The position numbers and the translations under genes were made by a program. From contig CAZUFC010000123.1 of the NCBI GenBank assembly GCA_964619725.1, positions 1 through 24,069 of the forward strand: a DNA stretch of 24,069 nucleotides, given 5' to 3'. The DNA is from an uncultured bacterium. Lineage in GTDB: Bacteria > CSSED10-310 > CAZUFC01. Numbering within the stretch: the stretch's first letter is position 1; each line of letters begins with the position of its first letter. The notes beneath the pieces are model-generated. The model had not been told where the DNA came from. It was given only the letters and a program-made list of their open reading frames with translations, and searched no databases. Shown piece by piece: positions 7,909 to 17,739 of the stretch.

Positions 7909-10335
7909 ATGTCGGAAAAAGAAATGAAGAATGCGCCTATTCCCCATACGCCGTCGGAAACGCCTGATATTCCCAACGTACTCCCTGTCCTTCCTTTGCG
8001 GGGGACAGTAATCTATCCGTCAATGGTTATACCTCTGATGGTCGGCAGGCCGAAATCGATCCGGCTGATTGACGATGCTCTGGTCGGAGATAAAATGATC
8101 GCGCTGGTTGCGCAAAAGAAACCGGAAGACGAGAACCCCGAACCGGGTGATCTTTTTAAAGTAGGAACCGCTGCCGTGATACTTAAAATGATAAAGATGC
8201 CCGATCATAGCGTGCGGATAATGGTGAACGGCCTGAAGAGAATAAAGGTCAAGGAATATTACCAGGATGATCCTTACTTGAAGGCGGAGGTTGAAACGCT
8301 GTCGGAAAACGAACGGGAAGGAAAGCAGATCGATGCTTTGATGCACAATGTGCGGAATCTCTTCCAGAAAATAGTCGAGCAATCGCCGAATCTGCCACCG
8401 GAAATGGGAATAATGGTTCTGAACATATCCGAACCAGGACGGCTGGCTGACATGGTTTGCTCCAGTTTGAACCTTTCGCTGAATGAGAAGCAGGAATTGC
8501 TGGAGATGCTGAATGTGGAAGATCGCCTGGAGAAGATTAATTATTATCTGACGAAAGAGATAGAAATTCTGGAGCTGGGCAACAAGATACAGACGGAAAT
8601 CAAGTCGGAGATGGACAAGACGCAGCGGGAGTATATCTTGCGTCAGCAGTTGAAGGCGTTGCAGAAGGAGTTGGGCGAAGGCGACGAACGGACAGTGGAG
8701 ATAAAAGAGTTGCGGGAGCGTATCAACAAAGCCAAAATGCCTGCAGAAGTAAAAAAGATAGCGGAAAAGGAGCTGGACCGTCTGACGATGATACCGCCTG
8801 CAGCGGCGGAGTATACTGTTTCACGGACATATCTCGACTGGCTGATCGAGTTGCCCTGGTCGAAATCGACGCGGGATAATCTGAACGTTCTGGAAGCGGA
8901 AAAAATACTTAACGAGGACCATTACGATCTGGAGAAGGTCAAGGAACGAATACTGGAATATTTGTCGGTCAGGAAGCTGAAAAAAGACATGAAGGGACCG
9001 ATTTTATGCTTCGTGGGTCCTCCCGGCGTAGGTAAAACATCGCTGGGCCGGTCGATAGCGAGGGCCCTGGGGCGTAAATTCGTCAGGCTTTCCCTGGGCG
9101 GCGTTCGCGATGAAGCCGAAATCAGGGGACACCGGCGCACTTATGTCGGCGCTTTGCCGGGACGGATCATACAGAGTTTAAGAAAAGCCGGGTCGAACAA
9201 TCCCATATTCATGCTCGATGAGGTGGACAAGATCGGTATGGACTTCAGGGGCGATCCTGCGTCGGCTTTGCTCGAGGTGCTTGATCCCGAACAGAATAAT
9301 GCGTTTTCCGATCATTACCTGGATGTGGACTTTAACCTGTCCCGGGTCATGTTCATTACGACCGCCAATATCCTGGAAACAATTCCGGCCGCCTTGAAGG
9401 ACCGCATGGAGATCATAAGACTCCCCGGTTACACCATGGAAGAAAAAATCCAGATCGCCAAGAAGTACCTGATTCCCAAACAGATAGATGAGAACGGTCT
9501 GGCGTCCGATCAGATAAGGTTTCATGATACGGCCGTTAGAAGGATTATTGAAGAATATACTCGTGAAGCCGGCGTCAGGAACCTGGAACGGGAAATCGGC
9601 AGCATATGCCGAAAAACGGCCCGCAAGATTGTGGAAGGCAAAATCAAGTCAGCCGTCATCAAAAAAACGACGGTGAGGGATTATCTGGGGCCGTTGCGTT
9701 TCTTCAAGGGTACGGCTGAACGCGCACTGGTGCCCGGAGTGGCTATCGGACTCGCCTGGACGCAGGTCGGCGGCGATGTGCTTTTCATAGAAACCAGCGC
9801 CATGAAAGGCAAAAAGAACCTGATACTGACCGGAAGCCTCGGCGATGTCATGAAAGAATCAGCCACTGCAGCGCTTTCCTATATCCGGGCCAACAGTAAA
9901 ATGTTTAAAATCGACGAAGCTTTCTATGAAAATTCTGATATCCATGTCCATGTGCCAGAAGGCGCCACTCCCAAAGACGGTCCCTCAGCAGGCGTAACGA
10001 TCTTCACTTCGCTCGTCTCCCTGCTGACGAAAAGACCGGTGAAAAACAACTGGGCTATGACAGGCGAAATTACGCTGAGAGGACAGGTATTGCCTGTCGG
10101 AGGCATCAAGGAAAAATGTCTGGCCGCTCATCGTGCCGGCATCACCGACGTTATTTTACCGAAGAAAAATGAGAAGGACCTGGAGGAAATACCCGAATCA
10201 GCCAGAAAAGACCTTAAATTTCACTTCGTCAGCGAAATGTCTGAGTTAGTGGAAATAGCGTTGGAAAAACCTTCAAAAGCGGCCCGGAGCGGAAAAGGTA
10301 AATCGACGGGAAAACGTCGGAAAACGAAAAAATAA
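7909..10335 (+). CDS. lon: ATP-dependent Lon protease (endopeptidase La)
   Basis: N-domain [13 protein letters not shown]; Walker A GPPGVGKT; Walker B MLDEVDK; catalytic DGPSAG and GGIKEK. Confidence 0.98.
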   Translation: MSEKEMKNAPIPHTPSETPDIPNVLPVLPLRGTVIYPSMVIPLMVGRPKSIRLIDDALVGDKMIALVAQKKPEDENPEPGDLFKVGTAAVILKMIKMPDHSVRIMVNGLKRIKVKEYYQDDPYLKAEVETLSENEREGKQIDALMHNVRNLFQKIVEQSPNLPPEMGIMVLNISEPGRLADMVCSSLNLSLNEKQELLEMLNVEDRLEKINYYLTKEIEILELGNKIQTEIKSEMDKTQREYILRQQLKALQKELGEGDERTVEIKELRERINKAKMPAEVKKIAEKELDRLTMIPPAAAEYTVSRTYLDWLIELPWSKSTRDNLNVLEAEKILNEDHYDLEKVKERILEYLSVRKLKKDMKGPILCFVGPPGVGKTSLGRSIARALGRKFVRLSLGGVRDEAEIRGHRRTYVGALPGRIIQSLRKAGSNNPIFMLDEVDKIGMDFRGDPASALLEVLDPEQNNAFSDHYLDVDFNLSRVMFITTANILETIPAALKDRMEIIRLPGYTMEEKIQIAKKYLIPKQIDENGLASDQIRFHDTAVRRIIEEYTREAGVRNLEREIGSICRKTARKIVEGKIKSAVIKKTTVRDYLGPLRFFKGTAERALVPGVAIGLAWTQVGGDVLFIETSAMKGKKNLILTGSLGDVMKESATAALSYIRANSKMFKIDEAFYENSDIHVHVPEGATPKDGPSAGVTIFTSLVSLLTKRPVKNNWAMTGEITLRGQVLPVGGIKEKCLAAHRAGITDVILPKKNEKDLEEIPESARKDLKFHFVSEMSELVEIALEKPSKAARSGKGKSTGKRRKTKK

Positions 10336-10570
10336 GAGCGTTGTTTGAATCCGGCGTTCTGAAGGGGAATGATTCGACTCTGCAAATTTCCTTTGCGGAT
10401 TCACGGAAAAATGAAGGATCGCCATTAAAATGACGAATGTTGACGGAATACGACTCGGACGCGAACGCGCCTTTAAAACGTATTCTTTTACGACAGACCG
10501 GAAACGAATGACTCATTCATACAGGCTTATCTCTGCATGAGGTTTTGAGTTTAAGAAGATTTGAATCAAG

Positions 10571-11581
10571 GTGAGTTTCACAGCCAGAATCAATCCGCTT
10601 GAAGAAGACCCTTTCCTGTTCGTCGAACTGGAAGACGTTTACGAAACATTCCTTTTCGATACGGGATTCAGAGTCCGCGGCAATTTCCGCAAAATAAGAA
10701 AACTGGGCGGCATATTCATTACTCATGCTCATATCGATCACCTGATCGGTTGGGACCATCTGATGCGCTCGCTTCTGAGCGAAGACAAAACCCTGAACGT
10801 GTACGGTCCGCCGGAAATCACCCGAAAATTGCTGAATAAGCTGGCCGCATACGACTGGGACCGTTCGCAGGACCAGAAACTCACCATCCTCATTCATGAA
10901 TTGACCGGAAAAACGAGGATAATTTCCGAAGCCGTCAGCAACAGGCGTTTCATACCTGAAATACAGAAAAAAAAAGAACCCGTAATCAATAATATAATCT
11001 ATGAAACGAAAAACGTCAGGATCGAATCCGTTCCGGCCGATCACGGCGGTTCCCCCTGCGTAGCCTACGCCATCTGCGAACAGGATAAACTGAAAATTAA
11101 AAAAGATAAGCTGCACCAGATGCAACTAATCGACGGACCCTGGGTGGGCCGCTTCCTTGAAGCCGTAAAGTCATGCCAAAAAGGCGACGATTATGTCGAT
11201 GAAAATAAAGTAATCCCCTACGAACTGTTGCAACAGGAATTAACCTTCTGGAAAAAAGGCAAAAGAGCCGCCTACATAACTGATACTCACATGACGGATG
11301 AAATATTCGACGGACTGGTAAAACTGGCGAAAAACGCCGACCTGCTGGTATGCGAAGGCACATTCTGCGAAGCCGATAAAGACCTGGCAGACAATTATCA
11401 CCATCTCACAGCCAGACAGGCCGGCATAATAGCCGAAACCGCCCAGGTAAAAAAACTGATGCTGAACCACCCCTCAAAAAGATACCACGGCAACTACAAA
11501 ATCCTCCTGGACGAAGCCAGGGCTATTTTCCCAGACGCTGAAATAGCCTCTTACCGGGGTACCGTGGTTGATTTGAAATAA
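10571..11581 (+). CDS. Ribonuclease Z-like metallo-beta-lactamase-fold hydrolase
   Basis: FLFDTG, THAHIDH (HxHxDH), VYGP, exosite-like GPW, AYITDT, ADLLVCEGTF, HLTA.QAG..A, LNHPSKRY. Confidence 0.85.
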   Translation: MSFTARINPLEEDPFLFVELEDVYETFLFDTGFRVRGNFRKIRKLGGIFITHAHIDHLIGWDHLMRSLLSEDKTLNVYGPPEITRKLLNKLAAYDWDRSQDQKLTILIHELTGKTRIISEAVSNRRFIPEIQKKKEPVINNIIYETKNVRIESVPADHGGSPCVAYAICEQDKLKIKKDKLHQMQLIDGPWVGRFLEAVKSCQKGDDYVDENKVIPYELLQQELTFWKKGKRAAYITDTHMTDEIFDGLVKLAKNADLLVCEGTFCEADKDLADNYHHLTARQAGIIAETAQVKKLMLNHPSKRYHGNYKILLDEARAIFPDAEIASYRGTVVDLK

Positions 11582-11632
11582 AAGCGCCGGCCGTCCGTCA
11601 ACCAGAATCCAGCAGCCGACATCCAGCGCTCG

Positions 11633-11661
11633 TTGCAGCAAAATGAACAACCGACTATAAT
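11633..11661 (+). promoter_or_regulatory. Sigma70-type promoter for the symporter
   Basis: TTGCAG (11633-11638), 17 bp, TATAAT (11656-11661). Confidence 0.55.
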
Positions 11662-11778
11662 ACTCTTGCGAACGAAAGGCCGACGAAAACTGCTGCCGAA
11701 AGCGCCGGTTTTCGGGCTTCACTTGCAGTAAACGGCTTCTTTTCAGCAAACCGGACCACTTTTTCCAGGGGAATCGCC

Positions 11779-13218
11779 ATGACGATTAAACTGATCGCTG
11801 TTTTTTTATACGCGGCCATGATTATTTTTATTGGAATTGCAGGACTGAAGAAAACAAAAACGTTTTCGGATTTTTTCCTGGGCGGAGGCAAAATCGGGCC
11901 CTGGATGACAGCGTTCACATACGGCACCGCCTATTTTTCCGCTGTTCTGTTCATAGGATTCGCGGGAAAAATAGGCTGGGGATTCGGTTATTCGGGACTA
12001 TGGATAGCCGTGGGAAACGCATTTTTAGGCGTGCTCGGAGTATGGCTCTTCCTGGGCCCCCGCATTAAAAAAATGGCGGTCGAATTCGGCGTCTCAACCA
12101 TGGCCGAATTTTTTGAAAAGAGATACGGCAGCCGCTTTCTAAAACTTTTTTCATCCGTATCGGTGTTCGTATTTTTCATTCCCTATTCCGCCGCCGTTTT
12201 CATAGGACTCTCCTACCTGTTCAAATCCAACTTCAACTGGGATTACCCGGCAGCATTGGCGTTCATGGGAGTATTCACAGCCGTATACCTGGCGCTGGGC
12301 GGTTACAAATCTATGACCATGATCGACGTGATATTCGGAATCATAATGTGCATTGGCGTTATCGTCCTGGTGGCTTTCGTCCTGGATAAAGGCGAAGGAC
12401 TCGCCAATATAACCGCTTCGTTGAAAGCCATAGACCCCAAATTGACGGGATGGGCAGGGCCGCCGGGAATATGGCCGCTGTTCTGCCTGGTCTTTCTGAC
12501 CAGCGCTGCCCCCTTCGGAATGCCCCAACTGATACAGAAATTTTACGCCATAAAAGACAGGCGGTCCATAAAAATAGGCATGGCAGGTTCAACATTCTTC
12601 GCGGTTTTAGTCGTTGGAGCCGCCTATTTCATAGGAGCGACCGCCAGGATTTTCCTCTCCCCTGAAAATGCCCCCCAAGCCTTCAAAAACGGCAAACCCG
12701 TATTCGACGCCTTAATGCCCGAACTGATCGCCAATGTAATACCGCCGTCCCTCTCTGTAGTAATACTGTTGTTGATCCTGTCCGCCTCCATGTCCACCCT
12801 GGCCGCCTTGGTCCTGGTATCAAGCTCATCCGCAGTAAAAGACATCTACGCCGGTTTCATAAACAAAAACGCAACAGACAGGCGACTGACGGAGCTGATG
12901 AGAATATCAAGCATCTTCTTCATATTGTTATCAGTAATCCTCGCCTTCCTGAGACCCGCTACCATTGTAGCCATTTTAGCCATATCCTGGGGCGCCGTAG
13001 GTTCTGTATTCCTGGGACCCTTCGTCTGGGGACTCTTCTCCAGCAAAACCACCAAAAAAGCCGCCGTAACCTCATCGGTGACCGCCCTATCCCTCTGCAT
13101 AATCCTATACCTGTCAGGCAGATCATCCCCGGAAGCAGGAACCATAGGCATGCTGATCTCCCTGGCAATGCCGCCGGTCATCACAGCCGTTTCACCAGGC
13201 CAGAGCAAAACGGCTTGA
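11779..13218 (+). CDS. Sodium:solute symporter (SSS family, PutP/PanF-like; substrate unknown)
   Basis: About 13 TM segments; DFFLGG..IGPW, SAVLFIGFAG, TMAEFFEKRYGS, GGYK, PQLIQKFYA, LSASMST. Confidence 0.93.
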   Translation: MTIKLIAVFLYAAMIIFIGIAGLKKTKTFSDFFLGGGKIGPWMTAFTYGTAYFSAVLFIGFAGKIGWGFGYSGLWIAVGNAFLGVLGVWLFLGPRIKKMAVEFGVSTMAEFFEKRYGSRFLKLFSSVSVFVFFIPYSAAVFIGLSYLFKSNFNWDYPAALAFMGVFTAVYLALGGYKSMTMIDVIFGIIMCIGVIVLVAFVLDKGEGLANITASLKAIDPKLTGWAGPPGIWPLFCLVFLTSAAPFGMPQLIQKFYAIKDRRSIKIGMAGSTFFAVLVVGAAYFIGATARIFLSPENAPQAFKNGKPVFDALMPELIANVIPPSLSVVILLLILSASMSTLAALVLVSSSSAVKDIYAGFINKNATDRRLTELMRISSIFFILLSVILAFLRPATIVAILAISWGAVGSVFLGPFVWGLFSSKTTKKAAVTSSVTALSLCIILYLSGRSSPEAGTIGMLISLAMPPVITAVSPGQSKTA

Positions 13219-13389
13219 CAAGAACAGGCAGTCCAACATCTCTATGGACGTCGATAAACCTTTGCTCCTTACAAATTAAGCGGTTAACCCACAATGCCCC
13301 GCTCCAGGCTCAGTCCGCAGGCTCCGCAATGTCCGCTGAGTCCGCTCAGCCCCTAAAAGTATTATAAAGCAAGCAGGATTGATAAAATG

Positions 13390-13422
13390 GGCATTAACCA
13401 AATATCCATGTTTCGAGGTTAC
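13390..13422 (-). mobile_element. Orphan right end of the GG...CC MITE family, inverted
   Basis: GGCATTAACCAAATATCCATGTTTCGAGGTTAC matches the reverse complement of the copy-1 right end at 26/33. Confidence 0.6.
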
Positions 13423-13473
13423 GCTTTTTTCAAACCGTTAGTCTTGTTTAAATCCACACAAGCAAACTGCCCC

Positions 13474-16368
13474 TTACACACTCCTCCGATAGCCAAGCGC
13501 CATAAAGGAGCCCAGCACAATCGTCAGGATTGCGCTGCCGGCGGCCGAGTTTGCCGGGATGTTCTGCGGAGTTGGGGCGCTCGCTGAAGGAGCGGCTGTC
13601 GCTTCAAACGTGTTCGTGCTTGTCGGAGATATTGTCGGAACAGACGTCGGCGTAAATGTCGGCTCTGGAGTTTCCGTCAAAAGTGGAGTGTCTGTCGGTG
13701 AATTTGTCGGCGTGTCCGTCGGTGTTCGCGTAGGCGTTTCCGTCGAGGTCCGTGTCGGCGAATGCGTCGGGCTGTTAGTCGATGTCGCCTGCAACGTCGG
13801 GGTTCGTGTCGGGGTGCGGGTCGGCGTCTGCGTCTGGGTGCGGGTCGGCGTCTGCGTCGGGGTGCGGGTCGGCGTCTGCGTCGGGGTGGGCGATGCGCTT
13901 GTGAAGCAGATTTGCCAATCGACCAGCGTGCCTGTATAGCCGACCGACATATCGTTGACGTACAGATACCACGTCCCCCTGGCGTTGGCGCCGTTGTGCT
14001 CGGTGAGCGATTCCTGGGGTTGGTAGTCGCCGGTGAAGGGCGCTGTGCCGTTGACGATGGACACGGCGGCGGCGTCATCGAATACGGTAAAGGTGTAGTT
14101 GTCGCCGCTGCCGCCGTTGCGGTTCGAAAGGGTGGTCGATGTGGAGCCGTGGATAAGCCGAAGGACGAGGTCGGAGACGTTGGGGTGGATGATGTTGACC
14201 CGTGCCGTCACATTGGAGATTATCATCCAGTCTGCCACGTAAAGAGAGTCGAAATTGATTGCGTTGTCATACAGCATCATGTTCGGGGAGCTGGAATATT
14301 GGCATTCGCTGCAGAAGCTGTCCGCTGTCGGGGTCGGAGTGGGCGTCACCGTCCTTGTCGGCGTTCGCGTCGGGGTTCGCGTTACTGTTGGGGTATTGGT
14401 GACGGTAGGCGTCGACGGCGTATAATAAGCGGTGATAGTGGTGTTCGTTGCAGCGGTAATGACCGAGTGGACGCGAGCGCCCCCATCGCTCCACGAAGAG
14501 AACGTGTACCCCGATTGACCGAGCGGCGCCGAGACGGTGTAGGCATTCCCCCTTACCCAGTCGTCAAAGGTCTGCGGCGCCGTTACCGCCGAACCGTCGA
14601 TGTTCAACTGCAGACCCGTGGGACTGGTGTTGAACGTATAAACGCCCGCTCGCTTCGTTGTCGTGGTTACCATATAGGTGTTGTATTCGTCGATACAACT
14701 CACCACCGGATACCACTGCGAATCGTCCTGCCGGAGCATGGTGACGCCGCCGCTGCGAGGACCATTGGTGATGCCCCCGAGGCCGTCGTCAACCTGAATG
14801 TCGTCGGAAGCGGTCCAGTATTGCATGTCGTTGTATGCGGAACGTCGATACTGCTGCTGCTTGCCGTCGCTGTAAAAATATGTGCAGCCGAAGTCGCCGT
14901 AAATATTTCCGCCGGCGCTGCCGACGCCCGCCGCTGTCACTGCAGGATAACGCTCGTTTTCAGCGGTGGCGGCGATGAAACTCCATGTCCAGGAAACGCC
15001 GTGATCGGTCGAGCGAGCGAACATCACGTCGTCGTCCGTCGAACTGTAAGCCTGTTGCCAGGCGATTACTACGTTGTCGCCGACGCCATGCGAGCCGACG
15101 ATCACCGGCCAACTTGCGCCGCGGTCGCTGTTGTCGGAGGCATCGTAGATTTTTGTCTGATGCTCGAACGTGGAGTTTGTGCTGTTGCGCGATCCGTACT
15201 CGACCATGAGATTCTTCTGATCGTCATAATCGGATTCATGAACGTAGGTAACGTAAACATAGTTGCTGTGCGAGGCTGTCGCGCAGACCTGGCAATGTAC
15301 GTTATGGTCGGTCAGACCGTAGCCTCGTGTGTGCCACGACGACCAGGAGACGCCGTTGTCGGTGGAACGAACGATGTGCATTTCGCGATCATCTTCGCTC
15401 GAAAGATGTTCGTACGCCACGTAGACAACATTGTCTGCCCCCTCGTCGTACTCGATGGCGACGCTGGGATAACGATCATCGCCGGAATCATTGTCGATAT
15501 AAAATGAGTTCACCGTGTCGCCGACTTTCACCAGGCCCATAATGTCGTGGTTCCCAAGATAGTCGTAGTAAATGTCGAAAACTACGAATACCTTGCCGCT
15601 ATATGGATCAACAGCTACCGAAGGATTTTCGATTATGGGCGAATTGGAGATGTAGTCGAAAACCACCTCCCAGCTCTGACCGGCATCGGTCGAGCGACTA
15701 AGTCCGATGACCTTGAGGGGCGAATACGCCCGGTAAGCGCAATACACAGTTCCGTCGGAGGCCGTGAACAGCGCATTCTGGTTGTGCCGATTGGTATACA
15801 TCCCGGTGAACATCAAAGTATCGTCCGTCCAGCACGAACCCGCCCCTCCACGTTCCGGCGCGCTCTCCCCTGGATCAAGGCGGCGAAACTCCAACGGCAG
15901 GTTCGAATAGCGTACCTCGCCGCACTCCGGCGCCGCAAGCCGGCCTGGCAACCGCCTCTCCGTTCCGCTGTCCCAGCCTTCTCGCTCCCGGCAACTCAAC
16001 TCGCCATCCAGCGCGTCAAGGAGATAAAGCGTATTTCCGGCTGCGGTGACGTCGTTAAGGTCGCACTCCAATGCCGCCAACCCCTTTGCTGCCTCCGTCG
16101 CCCGCGCCTTCAATAATCCGTACTCCTTGGCGCTCGGCGCCGGCAAACGGTCCCGACAAAAAGACAATCTCTCCTTGATCCGCTCCAAGCGCAACTGTCG
16201 CTCTGCCATCGGCGTCAACCGCCAGTCTTCCTCGAAATGAAGCCGTATCGGATCCCGCCAATTCATACTGTGACCGAGGGGCAACTCCTTTTCTGCCCAG
16301 GTCGGACTCGCTGTCGCTAACGAAAATACACACAACGCAGTCGCCAAAAATGATCTCGCATTAATCAT
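13474..16368 (-). CDS. Large secreted protein: Asp-box (BNR) propeller, InlB-B-like repeat, PT linker, proprotein-convertase P-domain, long PT linker, IPTL-CTERM-like anchor
   Basis: Signal peptide; three Asp-boxes (STDAGQSW, STDNGVSW, STDHGVSW); YTFSSWSDGG; P-domain IIHPNVSDL...GTWYLYVND...GTLVDWQICF; C-terminus IPANSAAGSAILTIVLGSFMALGYRRSV. Confidence 0.85.
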   Translation of the reverse strand: MINARSFLATALCVFSLATASPTWAEKELPLGHSMNWRDPIRLHFEEDWRLTPMAERQLRLERIKERLSFCRDRLPAPSAKEYGLLKARATEAAKGLAALECDLNDVTAAGNTLYLLDALDGELSCREREGWDSGTERRLPGRLAAPECGEVRYSNLPLEFRRLDPGESAPERGGAGSCWTDDTLMFTGMYTNRHNQNALFTASDGTVYCAYRAYSPLKVIGLSRSTDAGQSWEVVFDYISNSPIIENPSVAVDPYSGKVFVVFDIYYDYLGNHDIMGLVKVGDTVNSFYIDNDSGDDRYPSVAIEYDEGADNVVYVAYEHLSSEDDREMHIVRSTDNGVSWSSWHTRGYGLTDHNVHCQVCATASHSNYVYVTYVHESDYDDQKNLMVEYGSRNSTNSTFEHQTKIYDASDNSDRGASWPVIVGSHGVGDNVVIAWQQAYSSTDDDVMFARSTDHGVSWTWSFIAATAENERYPAVTAAGVGSAGGNIYGDFGCTYFYSDGKQQQYRRSAYNDMQYWTASDDIQVDDGLGGITNGPRSGGVTMLRQDDSQWYPVVSCIDEYNTYMVTTTTKRAGVYTFNTSPTGLQLNIDGSAVTAPQTFDDWVRGNAYTVSAPLGQSGYTFSSWSDGGARVHSVITAATNTTITAYYTPSTPTVTNTPTVTRTPTRTPTRTVTPTPTPTADSFCSECQYSSSPNMMLYDNAINFDSLYVADWMIISNVTARVNIIHPNVSDLVLRLIHGSTSTTLSNRNGGSGDNYTFTVFDDAAAVSIVNGTAPFTGDYQPQESLTEHNGANARGTWYLYVNDMSVGYTGTLVDWQICFTSASPTPTQTPTRTPTQTPTRTQTQTPTRTPTRTPTLQATSTNSPTHSPTRTSTETPTRTPTDTPTNSPTDTPLLTETPEPTFTPTSVPTISPTSTNTFEATAAPSASAPTPQNIPANSAAGSAILTIVLGSFMALGYRRSV

Positions 16369-16630
16369 CGCACCACTCCCGTCATAATGCTTGTTAATGA
16401 ACCTCGTCTCAGTCTCTTTTTTTATTTGATGATCGTTCCTTTTTTGAGTCGCACGACTTCGGCGGGGTTCTCCTCTATAAAACGCACCTTACAGCACGGC
16501 TGATTGCCGCCCATGAAGCCGCAAACGGCCTGCAGCGAAGAGATGATAGGAACTTCAATTTCATGCCCGATCCCCTCTCCCTTCTTAAACGCCGTCAAAA
16601 AGGTTGAGAGGTCGGCTAATTCCCTTAATC

Positions 16631-16668
16631 CTCACCGACATGTGAAGAATTCTTCACTTGCCGATGAG
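16631..16668. repeat. 38-bp imperfect palindrome with a perfect 16-bp core
   Basis: ctcaccgacat GTGAAGAATTCTTCAC ttgccgatgag; outer arms match 8/11. Confidence 0.7.
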
Positions 16669-16949
16669 AATAAATATAATAATAATATTAGAAAAGTCAA
16701 AATTGATAAAATTACCGGAAAAACAAAGATGCCAGTCTTTTTCGGGCGTAATCCGATTTTTGAGGGTTGATATGTTCTTTAAAATATAACGATTCAAATG
16801 ATTCTGCCTCGACTTGGATTTTCTTTGGCTCGGATGACAACTATAGCGCAATGATACGGAATAATCCTGATGGAATACAAATTCCTTTAATCACGCCCGA
16901 TCACCGTATAATAAAAAGCTCGACATTCCGACTAATGGGAGACCGATAC

Positions 16950-17204
16950 GTTCATGCTGAAACTATCCGCACCGCGGTTTCGGAAAATCGGATGGTTATC
17001 ACAATGAACAAAGATTTTTGAGAGTTGGTTTATCATTCCTCAACGGCACATTGCGGAGTTATATTGTTGAGATTGGAAAACGCCGACAGCGCTAAAAAAT
17101 TGGATATCGTCAAACACATTATGGAGAATTATTCGGATCGGATAAAAAATTGCTTCTGCGTTTTTCAGAATGATAAATTCCGAATCAGGAAAATTAAACG
17201 ATAA
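16950..17204 (+). pseudogene. DUF5615/PIN-like toxin remnant, 5'-truncated with an internal stop
   Basis: ETIRTAVSENRMVITMNKDF*ELVYHSSTAHCGVILLRL...FCVFQNDKFRIRK resembles the IT.DKDFGELV...H.GVILLRL motif; TGA at 17019-17021 replaces Gly and Asp is changed to Asn. Confidence 0.75.
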
Positions 17205-17336
17205 CCGGCATGGATGAGTTCCAGGTTTAGAAAACGCTGATATATAATGTTTTTAAGATGTTGTTAGCCATGGTGGTCACATCGATGCATTGCTTTCATA
17301 ACCATTGGACGCCCAACCGCCGGATGAACAGGAAAG

Positions 17337-17453
17337 CGAAAAAACTTTACCAAAAGCCGACGCGGCTTCATCACCGCCGTTTTCCGTATAAGCCTGGACT
17401 TCCGGCTGAAGTGTAGAAACTTGAAGAATCTGAGAATTCAGTTCGTATCCGAT
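17337..17453 (+). repeat. 117-bp direct repeat, copy A
   Basis: 110/117 identical to 17968-18084; includes the first ~11 codons of the ASCH gene. Confidence 0.92.
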
Positions 17454-17568
17454 ACAGAAACAAACGGCCCTCAATGAAAAACAGCGGTGAGTTCCTCAAA
17501 CAGACAGGTATGACTCAGGGTTAGTTTTCTTAATGGGGATTTAAATCAGTCAAATATTTTATGGATAT

Positions 17569-17593
17569 GTGTAATCCCAGTTTAATCTGTCCC
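17569..17593 (-). mobile_element. Orphan left end of the GG...CC MITE family, inverted
   Basis: Reverse complement GGGACAGATTAAACTGGGATTACAC matches GGGACTGATCAAACCGGGGTTACAC at 21/25. Confidence 0.65.
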
Positions 17594-17670
17594 CTGAAAA
17601 GTATTCCACTGGTTTGATATTTCGTTTTTTTCCCTGACTTTGATTTGTCCCTGTCGGTAATTCAGAAATA

Positions 17671-17699
17671 TTGTTCTATTCTCAAAAAAATCATATAAT
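17671..17699 (+). promoter_or_regulatory. Sigma70-type promoter for hicB
   Basis: TTGTTC (17671-17676), 17 bp, TATAAT (17694-17699). Confidence 0.5.
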
Positions 17700-17739
17700 T
17701 AATCCGGCGCTGTCGGCATCCAATTGAGAGGAAATGAAA

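Noticed and set aside
11665-11735. c-di-GMP-I riboswitch or hammerhead ribozyme (GAAAGGCCGACGAAAAC)
   Set aside because: No P2 stem or GGCAAAC motif, and no CUGANGA core.
13762-15507. 581-aa ORF on the + strand
   Set aside because: Antisense shadow of the GC-rich 964-aa gene; Arg/Val-rich with no recognisable motifs.
16423-16630. ~68-codon open frame on the minus strand upstream of the 964-aa gene
   Set aside because: No convincing start or RBS and no recognisable motif.
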